NCBI GenBank assembly: GCA_965649825.1
Contig: OZ287697.1
Coordinates: 1,970,351-2,034,350 of the forward strand
Direction of reading: 5' to 3'
Length of the DNA: 64,000 nt
DNA from: Penicillus capitatus
Lineage: Eukaryota; Plantae; Chlorophyta
Shown: piece by piece, positions 1 to 12,342 of the stretch
How the letters are laid out: each line of letters starts with the position of its first letter
Position numbering within the stretch: position 1 is the first letter of the stretch
Position numbers and translations under genes: made by a program
Notes under the pieces: generated by a model
Seen by the model: the letters and a program-made list of their open reading frames with translations, nothing else
What the model was told of the DNA's origin: nothing
Databases searched by the model: none

Positions 1-42
1 GAAACGCTAGCAAGCATTGCGAGCTGTATTTCAAAGAAAAGT

Positions 43-825
43 ATGGAGTACGTCTACGACTTGGTAAAGGAGGCAGGAAGGCACTTTGCGAAACGCACAT
101 GGGAACGTGCCTGGGGAATGGAGGAAGCCATAGAGGAAGCCGACGACGCTGCCGACGGTGTGAGTGTGAGCGGCGACACAGAGTACTTCTCTGCCGCCTC
201 ACAGTTCTCTGCCGACGAGGAAGACGTCGTTTCGATGCACGGAGAACGCATGGAGAGCGTGCAGGCAACGCCTCCGGTTGTGCCTTTTGAGCAAGTAGTT
301 CGCAATGTTTTTCCTGGTCCGGTGCGTCGACCGGACCCACCACCTACTGTAGCAGACGTCTACAGCCATGATTCTATGCAGCAGGATAACGACGAGGCCT
401 CGGCGACGGAAATTCATCGCCGCAAGAGATGTCGTTTCTTTTGAATCGTCAGACCAGTCGCACTTACCTCAATGACGGCTTCCGGCGCGAGGAAGATCTG
501 CGTTGTTACTGGACTCCAAGAGAAGATCCTTCCTGTGTGAAGTCACGGCCATGCACAAGGCCTTTCGTCTGAAAACAAGATGGGCATGCAAGCGATACAA
601 GAGGCGCATGGTTGCTCTCGTAGCCATGTTTACACAGTTCGTCCCCCACGGGGCAGACGGCGTCGCTCTGGCAGCACGTCCTCTCCACGATGGAGTCGAT
701 CAAACTGGTGAGCATGTTATGACATGCACAGCCGTGCCCGCAGTCGAAATTGGACGCCTATCGCTCGGGTAGCACGGCGCTTTTTCGGAGGCGTTGGGTG
801 TGCAACAGGCTTTGATGTCGACTAG
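43..825 (+). CDS. Hypothetical spliced protein with an acidic N-terminal region
   Basis: ORFs 43-444 and 503-772 read as protein-like, and GTGAGC...GTAG after 707 may be an intron. No family recognised and the exon joins are unresolved. Confidence 0.3.
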
Positions 826-860
826 CTATCGACTTTGACAGAGTATCCTGTTGGACGACC

Positions 861-1222
861 TCAATGTTCTGCTTTCAACTTGTCAATAAATCGTTTCATA
901 TGAAGCTCGAGTCGTTCGTTCTCGAATCCCCAAGGCCATGTACAAACATGCTGTGTAAACGAAAGGTGTTTGCAGCTGGGTGTGTGTTCACGGCGCGCGT
1001 TAGCGTTTTTGACCTCCGCACGGGAACACGGGTGTCGATAGTCGATCAACTCTGGGAGAGACGCAGGGGTCGTCGGTCGCAATTCGAGACAGCTTCAACA
1101 TCGTGCTCCGTGCGATTTCTTTGAAGACGCCGCTCTCTCTTTTCTCGAACGCCGGATAGTCGCTCGCGTCGCTCAACGTACTCGTCTGCTTTGAACTTAA
1201 ATTTAGATACCCCACGCTGCAT
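861..1222 (-). CDS. Possible small spliced protein
   Basis: Open frame MQRGVSKFKFKADEYVERRERL... from ATG at 1222, and a terminal segment ...WPWGFENERLELHMKRFIDKLKAEH* ending at 861. The join between them is not resolved. Confidence 0.25.
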
Positions 1223-1334
1223 TGCTTCCCCTTGCGTACTGCCCGACGAGTCCGCAATTTGCGGAGAGGTGATTCAATCGCATCACAGCTCCGGAAGCGG
1301 AAGGCTTCCAGAGAATGAACGAGAGCATCCACGA

Positions 1335-1578
1335 GTGCATCGCAGATTCGTCAGATTTCTTACCGTCCTTACGGCTTTTGGTACTGAATAGCATACCACC
1401 GTCTGTGTTTGTCCCTTTGAGTGACCCCGTGTGATTCGGCGCGGCATGATCGGAGCGGTCGGTGTTTGTGTTTTGATAGAGACGTTACATCATCACGATG
1501 ACGGAAGCGGATTCAAAGCGATGTCAACATTCTTCACCAGCCAACCAACCGCCCAACCACGCACAAAGATCCATCCTT
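1335..1578 (-). repeat. Dispersed repeat A, copy 1 (inverted relative to 17173-17445)
   Basis: Its reverse complement aligns by eye to 17173-17445. Shared blocks include GATGGATCTTTGTGCGTGG, CTGGTGAAGAATGT, CTTCCGTCATCGTGATGATGTAACGTCTCTAT, CACCGACCGCTCCGATCATG and AAGAAATCT..AATCTGCGATGCAC. Confidence 0.9.
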
Positions 1579-1644
1579 ATTGTCCCGCATCCTCATGGCT
1601 CCTTGCGAAAATGAACATGACCGTCACTGTCATCGGCATTCTCT

Positions 1645-3557
1645 TCAACGAATAAACGTTCTTCCCCAGCAGCTTCTCGAAGTCGACGCCTCTAGATTTG
1701 GATTGTCTTGTGTCAGTGCCTGGCATCGATGAAACTCGTCTGGATTGTCCGGAAACAGACGTTGCAAAACTTGATGGATAAACGGCAATGTTAGGCGCGG
1801 ATTGCGCTGGGTTAGGCTGGTGAAAGACTCAGTCAGTAGTATCTTGCAAAGACGTTTGAAGGCAATCTGCTCACAGACCTTGCGCAGTTCGTCATTATTT
1901 CTCTCATCTGCCACTTCCAAAAGTGGTGCCAAAGTGTCTTCATCCGTCAACTTCTCAAACATTACGACGCACTCTTGCACCAGTCCCTTAACGTTGTACT
2001 TGTCGGCGGCCTTGAACAGATCGATGACCACTTGATGATTGTCGGGAACGGTCTCCAGCACGCCATACATATACTGCAGGAACAGAATCATTGTGTCCTG
2101 GGACACATCTTCGATCACCACTTCCCTGGTTTCCATTTCTTGCATCGTGCAATTCCACATGCGTTCAAAGACAGACGAATGCGTGGCCAAAACGTGACAG
2201 TGAGCTGGGAATTTCTTGTCTTCCACAATAAGTGTCACATCGGACAGGTAAGAACTATTGTACAACTTGCGATAGATGGCTAGAATATTCGCTTTCCCGG
2301 TCGGGGATCGGGGTTCTGGGGGCTTTCTATACTCCAGTATCTCAACGTCCGTACACATGGTATCGAAGGAGAGCGGGATAGGTTCGTAGTCAGGAATATC
2401 GACCCTACCGCCTACCACAATCATGCGATCTCCGATACCGATGGCCGTGTGCCATTCACGTGCAGAGGGAGGTTCACCTTCGGCCATGAGAATACTCCAA
2501 CGGTGCTCCTCTAGATCAAAAATAAACGTCTGATCTGAAACATTGAATTTTGACATATTTGGACGACGACCGCCGTGAATAATCCACTTTGATCCAACAA
2601 CGGCAGATGATGCATGAATTCTGTACGGTGGGGCATTGCCCTCTAATTTCACATCGTGCCATTTCCAGTCATTCAAATCCAATCGATAGATCTAGACACA
2701 AACACCATGCCTCGTTGATGTGACAGGTGAAGAAGGCAGAGGTCAGTCACACTTCAACAGATGGTTCTTCTGAGATGCGACGAGACGAGCCGTACGAATA
2801 GAGTGAGTCTTTCCAAAGACATGCTCCTCCAAAGTTCCATGTCGATTTCAATTTATTGGGTGGTCTTGTTTTGTGCTTGGTCCATTGACGGGCTTCAAAG
2901 TCAAATTGATAAATCCGATCCATATAGGTACCGCCCGTTACCAACAAGACCTTGCCATAAACAAAGCAGCTGATGTTTCGTCGCATCTGTGTTTCGCACG
3001 GAGGCTCTCCGAGCGTCGCTCTCTCCACCCATCGATAGCGTTGCAGATCACAGCAATAAACATTCCTCATGTTATGATTTCTGGGACCCGGAAAGACCCA
3101 CAGCTCACCGTTGTAAACCACGGCGTAACATCCCGCTGTAAATATCTGCGGCATTGGGCCGTGGTAAGAAACGGTCTGAAAGCCTTCGTTACTGCCTGTG
3201 TCCCATTTCCATAGCACCATGTGTTCATTGCGCTCTTCGTCCATCCCTACGACACGCGTTGGAAGTGTAGAGCCATTCGGAGGTCTCTCTACCACCGAAG
3301 GCGTAGATGGCATCCTTGTGTGCGACCATCGAGGCGCCTGCCGTGACGATTTCTGCATGAAGTGTTGACTGGCCTTTGTTCCATTTCCACTCGCATATCT
3401 CTTCCGTCAGCGCTTTTTGCAGACGCTGTGACAGTTCTTCACGCGTCCCGACGGACGGCAGGCCACGATTGGCGAGAAGGAGTTCGATGTCTTCAGGCTT
3501 GAAACGCTCAACGACTGCCGAAATAAGGGCAGGTCCATTGCCGACCATAATCGTCAT
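1645..3557 (-). CDS. SAP-domain + Kelch repeat + BTB/POZ(-BACK) protein, LZTR1-like architecture; 2 introns
   Basis: SAP-like IELLLANRGLPSVGTREELSQRLQKAL; Kelch motifs (IYAFGG, WIIHGGR, REWHTAIGIGDRMIVVGG); BTB SDVTLIVEDKKFPAHCHVLATHSSVFERM. The inferred introns GTAGAG..CGTAG and GTGTGA..TCTAG restore one reading frame. Confidence 0.85.
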
Positions 3558-3660
3558 CACCGCGAAACTTAGAGACGCAGAAACGAAATGTGTGCAGTCG
3601 ATGCTCGCCAACACATGTCACATCTTCATTAAACAACAACACACTTGCCATCACATCGAC

Positions 3661-4855
3661 TCATCCCGACGATGGGGATGATGACAGTGTCAGGATCTCA
3701 CATCCATCTGGAGTGATGAGAATCGTATGTTCGTTTTGGGCAGAGAGCGAGCCGTCGACAGCAACGACGGTCCAACCATCATCCCATACGCGATGCGCTG
3801 GGTCACCTTCTATGAATATGGGCTCGATGGTGAAGGTCTGATGCAGTTGCATCTTCCCGGAAATTCGATTGCGATGGTGATACATATAGGGCGCTGCATG
3901 GAACTGACGTCCGACACCATGTCCCACGAAATCTTTAACGATTTTGTATCCAGTCTCCTCTGCCACGTCGGCAATTTTGCCACCAACGAGTTGATACGGC
4001 ACACCGGGGCCGCATAGAGAGATCGCTTCACTCAATGCGCGTCGATTGGCCTCGACAAGACGTTTTGCACTCTCACTCACATTACCTATTCTCACACATT
4101 TGATGTGGAGAGAACGTAGGGAGTTTAGGAAGAGATACCGATGAATACCATACGGGATGTATCACCATGATAGCTATCGAGGTAAACCGTGACATCGATA
4201 TTGAGCACATCACCGTCGCGCAGAACTCTGGAATCCGGAATCCCATGGCAGATGCACTCATTGACAGAAGTGCAGACGCTTTTGGGAAAACGTCCGTAGT
4301 TAAGGGGAGAAGGATAGGCACCACGATCCACGATCATCTGATGCACCTGCTCATCAATCGCATCGGTCGCGATGCCAGGTTTGGCCAAAGAGACGGCGAA
4401 GTCCAGCACTTCGGCTGCCAGCTTCCCGGAAGCTCTCATCTTTGCAACTCCCTACACAATGAACTGCGCTTTTGATGTGACCCGTGTGATCGATCACCTC
4501 AGGTCGATGGATTTCAGGATCGTTGCAAAACTTGGGCAAGATTCCGGAGTCGGCATAAATGGGTCGGGCGATATGCGCAGGCACCGATCGTCGGGGCGAC
4601 ACTGTTTGTGGCTTCAACCGTTCTCTGTCATCTTTTCTCCTTCACACAGGACGCCATGAATGACGGAAAAGCATATCGCGAGTCAAACTCTTCTCTCAGC
4701 TTCTGCAGTTCCGAGAGGGCTCGGCCGGCCGACACGGGTCGGATGTGAGGGTTCGTTCGTTCGTGTGTCTTTAAACAACGTCGCGTGGACGTTTGTGTAA
4801 AATCGAAGGAAGAGAGATGTCTCATGGCGCTGTGCCTGATCAATCGAGCGGCCAT
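3661..4855 (-). CDS. MAP1: Methionine aminopeptidase type 1, organellar (MAP1B/MAP1D-like); spliced
   Basis: YPSPLNYGRFPKSVCTSVNECICHGIPD, DVTVYLDSYHGDTSR, FVGHGVG...FH, FTIEPI and SAQNEHTILIT motifs, preceded by an N-terminal targeting peptide. Confidence 0.95.
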
Positions 4856-4896
4856 CAAACCTTCGCGGCCTCGTTGCGTCACATCATTGTCGGACG

Positions 4897-5854
4897 ATGA
4901 ACGATTTCCCGCACGGGCTCGGCGACGAAGAGGCGTCTGAGGCATTCGGCAGCGGTTTCGTTCCATCGTCGGAACCACCCGCCGCCGAATCGTCCACAAA
5001 GAATGAGACGAACTCGACGGGTCCAAAGCCAGACGCCGCAAACGATGCGCCAGTGACAAATGCGTCCGAACACGGGACCGCTGAACGCACAGGCTCGTCC
5101 GTCTATATCGCCAATCTACAGTGGTGGACAACGGATGCCGATGTCGAGCGTCTCTGTTCGACTTACGGACCGGTTGTCAACATCAACTTCTTGGCGGAGA
5201 GATCGAACGGTAAGTCCAAAGGTGTGGCGTTGGTCGAATTTGCGGATAGCCATGCGGCCGCGCGGTGCAAAGAGGGACTCTCAGGGTGAGGCACATCCAC
5301 AGGAGAACCCTGTACAAGGCTTGTGCCATATGTCATCGATCTAGATACAATATTCATGGCAAGGCATGTGTGGTGACATTTCCGAGCCAATCGATGCCGA
5401 GAGGATACGGAGCTGGAAGTCGTTACGGATATGGGCACTACTACGAAAGAGGACGGTCGTTGGAAGGTCGAGGAAGAGGACGACATGGACGGGGATATGG
5501 ACACGGAGGATATGATACACGACCAGGAATGGGAATGCATATGATGGGAGACATGCCAGGTTACATGCATGAAGTTGGAATGATGGACATGCCACCAGAT
5601 GTCATGCCTCCTATGGAAGGACACATGGGACAACACGGACCCAGTTACGTCCCGCCTCCTCCTTATCCCATTCCAGGTGCAACCGTTGCAATGTTGAACG
5701 TGTGTGAGTCGGCGTCGGGTGAGGTGGAGGGGGATATATGCACGAGGATCACTACGATCAGAATCCTTACTATCGACGGGGAGGAGGTGAGAGATGGGAT
5801 CATGGAATGGGACAGGATGATATGTCACAGAAACGACAACGGCCATCGTCTTGA
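4897..5854 (+). CDS. CPSF6: RRM protein, cleavage factor Im large subunit (CPSF6/CFIm68-like); 2 introns
   Basis: VYIANLQWWTTDADVE...SNGKSKGVALVEF...ARCKEGLSG|YNIHGKACVVTF matches the CFIm59/68 RRM, followed by a Gly/Arg/Met/Pro-rich tail. Confidence 0.85.
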
Positions 5855-6851
5855 GGTTTGCTAGGTCTAGAGATTGTTCCATCTCTGGATCTGCGACATA
5901 GAGTGCGTTCACACGATCATCATTTTAAAGGGATTATTGTGGCAGTGCATAACGCATATCAGCCACGTGAACGAGGACAACACGTTTTTAATGTCTCGTT
6001 TCAGTGTAAGATGTACGGATCATATCATTGGTGTCCGAAAACAGTCTGGTCAGTTGTGGAAGGAGACCAGACTACCTCACGGGCAACCCCGGGCGGGGCG
6101 ATCTTTAATGGCATGACGAGTAAAACTGGTTCAGAGGGAGCTATGACTGGGGGCTTGACGGCAGGACGGGGCGGCGTTTGTCGACTTTTCGATCCGAAAT
6201 TCAGTTACGATTTTGGCGTACGCTCAGTAACCAGTTTATCGCCGATGTATTACCCATTGAAGTAGACGGATGCTCCATACAACTGACAGAAGCGGCATTC
6301 GGATCAGGTGGGTGGCAGGATTGGGTGTTTCGGCAGACCAAGTTATATTGTTCTGTCTAAGGCGGTGAAAGCCACGGAATCTTCAGAATGGCTTTTGCGA
6401 AACTCGCCAGAGAGCTAATTTTGATATGGCTGTTGGCCACGCGATGCATCTGGAGCTCGGAGAGATGATTTCTTAAAAGGACGCCACAGTTTTCGCAGAG
6501 ACGTAGAGGTTAGCGGAAAGGGCGGTCCTCTAGAAATTCGTATTCATAGCGAATCAAGTATCTTTCCTCGGGAGTGGTCATGGCTCGAAGGAGGTCTCTA
6601 GACTGAACATCTTGATCGACTTTGAGGGTGCCCAGGTTAGAACGGAGCTTTCATTTCCTCCTTTTTGATACTTGACTTTTGGATTTCGCAACGCGTCGCG
6701 TCGCTTGCATATCCTGTAAGAAATCGGAATTCGAAGCTCTGCAGGTTGAAATACAATGCAGATTTAAACATCTTGGCGCTATACGTTTCGTGCATGATTT
6801 GCACATTCATTGGAGTTTTCTTGAGATTGACGGGTCTACAAGACATCTGCC

Positions 6852-8611
6852 ATGAAGGGAAACCACCGTCTTCGCCACAGTGAAGATTCTGTCGATAGGC
6901 ATTTGGGCGGTAGAACTTTTCTCTTCAGCGGTACAGCTTCGCGAGACGAAGCGCAGAGAACAGGAACGTGAACGCGATCATCTGCTGCAGTCACGGAATC
7001 TCTTTCATACAACGCCTCTGATGAGCTGCATTCGCTCCACTGTAGATATCACCGACAACACAACGATGCCAGTGCGACGGTCAAAAGCTGGGAGAAAGAC
7101 GAAATGCGGCGGCGCGAGCGCGAAGACAAAGAGATGGCGGAACAGTGTTACATTCTCGAGCACCTCGAACGGGTATCGTCGCACAACGTCGTCACAAATG
7201 CGACATGGTTGCCTCGGTGCCCCAGGTCGAGAGCCAAAAACGCGCAGCTGAACAGATCCGGCAAGAAGAAGAGCGCATTGCACGGACGTTAGCTAAGGAG
7301 GTGTGTGAAGAGAAATTGCGCATGAGTGAAATACAGGCAATACATCAAGAAAGCGTCGAACTCCGCAGGTTGCCGCGAAGTGCCAATGACACGGCGACCG
7401 TCACACGCGTGTAGACTCGCGGAGCACATTCGCATCGGCAGAATGAATAAGGAACGACACCAACAGAGGGTGGCCAAAGAACAGGCAATGGCCGAGAAAA
7501 GCAAACGCGATGTCGCCTTTTTTGAAGAAATGGAGATGCGCCGCAAAGAGAGTTTGGAAAATGAAGAAAGAAAACGTGCCCAGAGAAAGCAGGAAGCAGA
7601 ACACAACCGAAAGCTGCTGGAAGAGCAACGCGACGTGTGACGATCGCTGCCAAAGTGTGACAGGATCGCTGTGTCTTTAAGGAGAAAGAGGCACATCGGA
7701 AGGCGAATGCGAGTCAGGCGAAAGAGGACGAGCGAAGGATGGTGTTGGCAGTGGTCGAGCGTATTGAGAAGGAAGAACGGCAGAGAATCGAATCGGACCG
7801 ACAGAAAAAAGAAAGAACGATGAAAGAGATGTGCACTCTACAGGAGGAAAGACAGAAACAGAAGGAACTTCAGAAACAGAAGGTGGTGGGTGCGGTCAGG
7901 CCACGAGAGACAGTGGGGCGTTTGCAGGAGAACGAAGCAGAGGAAAAGATTCGACAGTACTGGATTTCGGTGTCGGAGCGTGAGGCACTCAGCAACGAGA
8001 TGAAACGCACGGCGGCGGAAGAAGCGGATCGAAGACACCGCTTGCTGTGTAAAGATATCGCGGAAAAAGCGCGTGCCGTGCAGGAGGAAGAGGAGATAAG
8101 ACAGATACTCTGTGCCGAAGAGCAACGCGAGCGCGACGCACTTGAGCAACGACGCAGACGCGAGCGCGAGGAGAAACAGATCCGAGATGTCGTTGCCGAG
8201 AACGAAAAGCAGATTCAGTTGAAAGTGCGTCTCTCCGTGTTCATGTGGCGAGGGAGCTGCCGTTATGAAGTTTAGGCACAAATGGCGGCGCAAGAGCGAC
8301 AAGAAGAGGAGGTGTATCGAAAACGACTCATGGAGGAATTTGCCGAAAAGGATCGCCTTGAGCAACTGACCACGCAAAAGCGTCGTCTGAAGCAGATAGA
8401 GCACCGCAGAGAAATCGAGCGTCTCATTTGCGAACGACGTATGGAAGTTGAGAGAGCGAAGGTTCGCGAAGAGGAAGAAGAGCGCCAGAGGCGTGAGAAT
8501 ACATCGCGAAAAGAACGCCTTATCGAGCAAGAAAGGTCGAAATTGATGGCGGAGGCAGAACAGCTCAAAGATTATTTGCCGAACAAAATGAACAGCACGA
8601 CGCATCTCTAA
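6852..8611 (+). CDS. MNS1: MNS1/FAP127 ciliary microtubule inner protein (TPH coiled coil); multi-exon
   Basis: ESVELR|LAEHIRIGRMNKERHQQ, RLMEEFAEKDRLEQLTTQKRRLKQIEHRREIERLI and the C-terminal LKDYLP match MNS1. GT-AG introns join ORFs 6880, 7104, 7145, 7326, 7739 and 8282. Confidence 0.85.
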
Positions 8612-8632
8612 TCATCCATCGCACGTCCTTCG

Positions 8633-9796
8633 ATGACGAGTCGAACGGTGAACGACTCCGCTTCGGTGTCTGCGAGCACGGGTTGGGTCTCACACTTCAC
8701 GCGTTTTGCCTGCCTCACACTTTTGTTGTTTCAGAGACGTTGAGTGATTTAGAAGAGCGCACGATTTCGGATATCGTCGTCGACGACCGGAGACCGAAAT
8801 ACACGGAAACGTTTGACGTGGGTGCTCCCTCGGGAAGCGACGTCCATGGTGAATTCGAGGTCGACTCCGAGGCCACGGTCTCTGACGATGACGTATGGGA
8901 TAGCGGAAGCGATAATCCTGCAGCGACCGTCTCTTGGTGTGCTGACGAGGTAGAGGCAAAATGGGGAACGGCTTGTTGTGGTGTAGGCAGCCGTCGCAGA
9001 GATTGACAGCGCGTCAGTTAGCTCGACAAGAACGTCTGTTGCAAGGGATTTCGCAGACGCAATGGAATGATATGCGTTTGCCAAGGGGACTCGATTTGAG
9101 CCACAAAGCGAAACAGATGCGAGTTCTGTCGGAAGAGCAGCACCTAAAACGCATGAAAGCGGCGGAAGTGCGTCGCGTTCGGACACAGAAGGCGAGAAGA
9201 GACGTGATGGAAATCACCAAGGCGCGCATCCGTGCAGCAACTAGCAACAAATTTAGAGATATGGTCGAAAACGGCCATAATGAGAAACGCAAAGTGCCGC
9301 CATAGAATGCTTGCTTCGTGATCATGCGATATCGGGTCGTGAACATGTAGGTGGCAAAGAGACAGGCTTCGGTTCTTCCTGGCTTCGTTCGTTTTCGGCA
9401 TCGTGCTGAACAGTCCGTTCTCGTTCTGCCAGAAGGAGCAGATCTGCCATATGCAAGGACATCTGTCAACGGCGGCTATAGCTACCCCGCTAAGAGGTAC
9501 GGCATCGAACCACTGTTCACAGATGTTGTCGAAATCGCTGCAGGGTTCGGTGCGAATTGCATTTGGAGCCTGGATTCAAACTAGGCGATCTAAAATTGGG
9601 CACACCGTTGCAGATGAAGCGCGACGGTGGAAGAGTGACACTGTTGCATGAAGGACATCTTCTGGGTGACGTCACCTGTCGCTATCTTCTACCTTCTGCC
9701 ACAGATCTGACCGGAAAAGTGACAAGCATCCGTTATGGAAACCCTTCCGGCCGAATAACCGATTCTCTCGTCGTGACTCTGGATCACCAGATATGA
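8633..9796 (+). CDS. Hypothetical protein with a possible C-terminal HIRAN-like beta domain
   Basis: Consistent GT-AG splicing links ORFs 8683, 8961, 9351 and 9557. The C-terminus is LKLGTPLQMKRDGGRVTLLHEGHLLGDV. A TGTAA (green-algal polyA-like signal) lies a few bases after the stop. Confidence 0.55.
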
Positions 9797-9847
9797 TGCG
9801 ATGTAAAGAAATCTGTGTTGTTTACAGCGGCGTTGTGGTGACGAATC

Positions 9848-11515
9848 CTAGATAGTGTAGTCAAAGTTTCCAACAAAATACTGATCCTCAGGCAAGAAAG
9901 CCGCCGTGACGGTACGGCCAGAAAACTTGCGACCGTGCATCGCATTTCGTGCTTTGACGGCCACGTTCACGTCGTCGAATTCGATAATGACTTTTCCGAG
10001 CCCAGTGGCCTGTTTTTGGTCGGGTGGTGCCGGCCGTGGGATCTGGACCCGCTTCACAGTTCCGTATCGTTCGCATTCTTCCATCATGTCTTCACAGATC
10101 TCTCGATAAGCATCTTCATCCTGAAGCTCTTCAATACTCACGGCATCGTCTAGTGTGACAATTCTGGTGGCTCCGGAGAGAGAGGTGATGGCATTGGCGG
10201 GTAACATGGCATTGGCTGCTTGGGTCTCTGTCGCCCTCCGCACGGTCAGCACACGATCGCCCATCTTTAATCCATTGAGACCCTGACAGGCAATGTCTGT
10301 CACACTTCCATCCGCATAGACGACAAAACCGTAGCTGCGCCACAACGCCATCATTGCATGTAGAGGTGATGATGGGACGTATGCGTACCCTTTCGACTGT
10401 CCGGTGTCACGATCTTTAACGAGGTCAAATGACTTGATCTCCCCAAAGGTACCGAGCAGCTCACGGCATTGCTCTTCAGATAGATAGTAAGGAATGCCTC
10501 CGACGAAGATGCGTTCATGAGCATCTGTGATGCTGGTTCCGCTGGAATGGAGTCCGACTGCCTTGAGGTCAAGGTTGGGATTCGGAATGCTCGGTCCCAA
10601 AGATGCCGCCGCCGCCGGATTGTAATCGTTAGGACGACGAACACGTACACTCACTCCTTCGAACATCACACCATCCAGGGCCATTGCATTTGATGTCTCC
10701 TCCACTAACACACGACACACCTGTCACGTCAACGATCGCAGCAGCTGGTGTGAATGACCTGTACGAAACTCTACAAAGGCAAAATTCTTCTCTCTATTGA
10801 TGTAGACATTGACCACTAAAGAAGAGTGAGGACAATGTCCTTGAAGAGAGAATCGGGATCAAGTAGAGTACCCACGACACCCGGTCCCTGAGAGGTTCCA
10901 CCGATGGCCGCCAGGGCGTGGCTCATGAATGTGGCAATGGACTGTTCGTTGGCCGAAGGCGGCAATCCTCCAACATAGACACGTCTAGCATGACGCGTTG
11001 CTTGAGCAGACGGCTGAGTCAGTGCAGAGTTCTGGATCAGTCCTATCACACATATCTCCTTAGTCAGTCACACTTTCTTCCGGCCGTCACCTCATACACC
11101 CCTCACCTGGTAATCCCATTCCCGGGTACAGAATCGGCGGGTTTCCATTGGGGTCGGATAAATCTGGCTGAATGAGGACGTCTTGAGGGATAACAGATGA
11201 CATGGGTGCAGGCACAAGGGCGCCAGACAATGTTTGCTCCACTTCTCCGGCTGGCTGAGGTCTTACGTCGAACAGGGTGCGCTTGCGCCTTCGGGGTGGT
11301 GTGCGGGATCGTTTTCTGGAACTTGACCGTCGGCCTCGGCTCTTTTCGCGACTACGACTTCGACGACGTCCTTTATCTCGACCACGGCGTCGTCGGGACT
11401 TACTCTCCGACGAAGCGTCGCGCTCACGTCTCCGCTTTTCTTCGCGCTTTTCGTGCGGTCCGCCATCGGCAACCGCTTCATTGGAAGATGCGTCGGGACG
11501 CTGTTCAAATTCCAT
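9848..11515 (-). CDS. U2AF65: U2 snRNP auxiliary factor large subunit (U2AF65); multi-exon
   Basis: RS domain, then QATRHARRVYVGGLPP, VNVYINREKNFAFVEFRT|VEETSNAMALDG, RVRRPNDYNP, RIFVGGIPYYL, and a UHM ending AMHGRKFSGRTV. Confidence 0.97.
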
Positions 11516-11606
11516 CCGCGGAAGCACGACGCACACGAACAAACATCTATACGACATTCATTTATTCATTCATTCTTGCATCCAATCACCTTTACCTACC
11601 TTTATT

Positions 11607-12311
11607 ATGGGCATTCTCGATGGCTTCGCACCCAAATCCTCGGCGCCGTCTCCGTCGAAGGAAGTGCTCCAATCGCATCCCGAAGAGGTTCCTGATTTCG
11701 CAGCCGAGAAGCCATTGAAGGATGAAAAACGTTCCGGAAAGCTCTACGATCCCTATGCCGGACTCTCTGGCGCATTGCGGGGAAAACGCGGTGCCCTGCG
11801 TTTGCCAGATGAGCCAGAGTATCTCTTCATCGAACAAGCAAAGCAGAAACGACGAAGCTGGAGTGAGAATCTCTGCTATTATACTGGAGTGGGTTATGGA
11901 ATGGGGGCACTTTCGGGTGGTGGTTATGGTTTGATGCAGCTGATGGCGAACAAACCCGAAATCGCGATCGACAGTCATCGCGTTCGTCTCAATCGATTTC
12001 TCAACCTGACAGGACGCACGGGACGATCCTTTGGCAATGCCTTTGGTGTCCTGGGTCTCTTCTTCGCCACATTTGAGAGCAGTCTAACAGCGATGACGGA
12101 GCCATACATTCCGCCCTTCTTAGGGACGCTTGGAGCGGGTAAGAAGAAAGGATATGCGAAGAGAGAGATGGCATGAGTGTATGTAGGATTTGCAACGGGG
12201 GCGCTGTTTCGATCGACGAGGGGGCCAAGAGCGGCGGTTATTGCTGGAGGAGTTGGGGCAACGGCAGCCATGACCCTCCTTTTGGGCCGTCAGTTTATTT
12301 CCGGATTGTGA
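11607..12311 (+). CDS. TIM23: Mitochondrial inner membrane translocase subunit Tim23; 1 intron
   Basis: KLYDPY..PEYLF..RRSWSENLCYYTG, RLNRFLN..GRSFGNAFGVLGLFF, then an intron GTAAGA..TGTAG and FATGALFRSTRGPR. Confidence 0.93.
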
Positions 12312-12342
12312 ATGGATTCTGAAACATGTCTCGAGATGGAGA

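Noticed and set aside
11277-11606. Arg/Leu/Ser-rich N-terminal extension of the Tim23 ORF
   Set aside because: It is the antisense reading of the U2AF65 RS domain.
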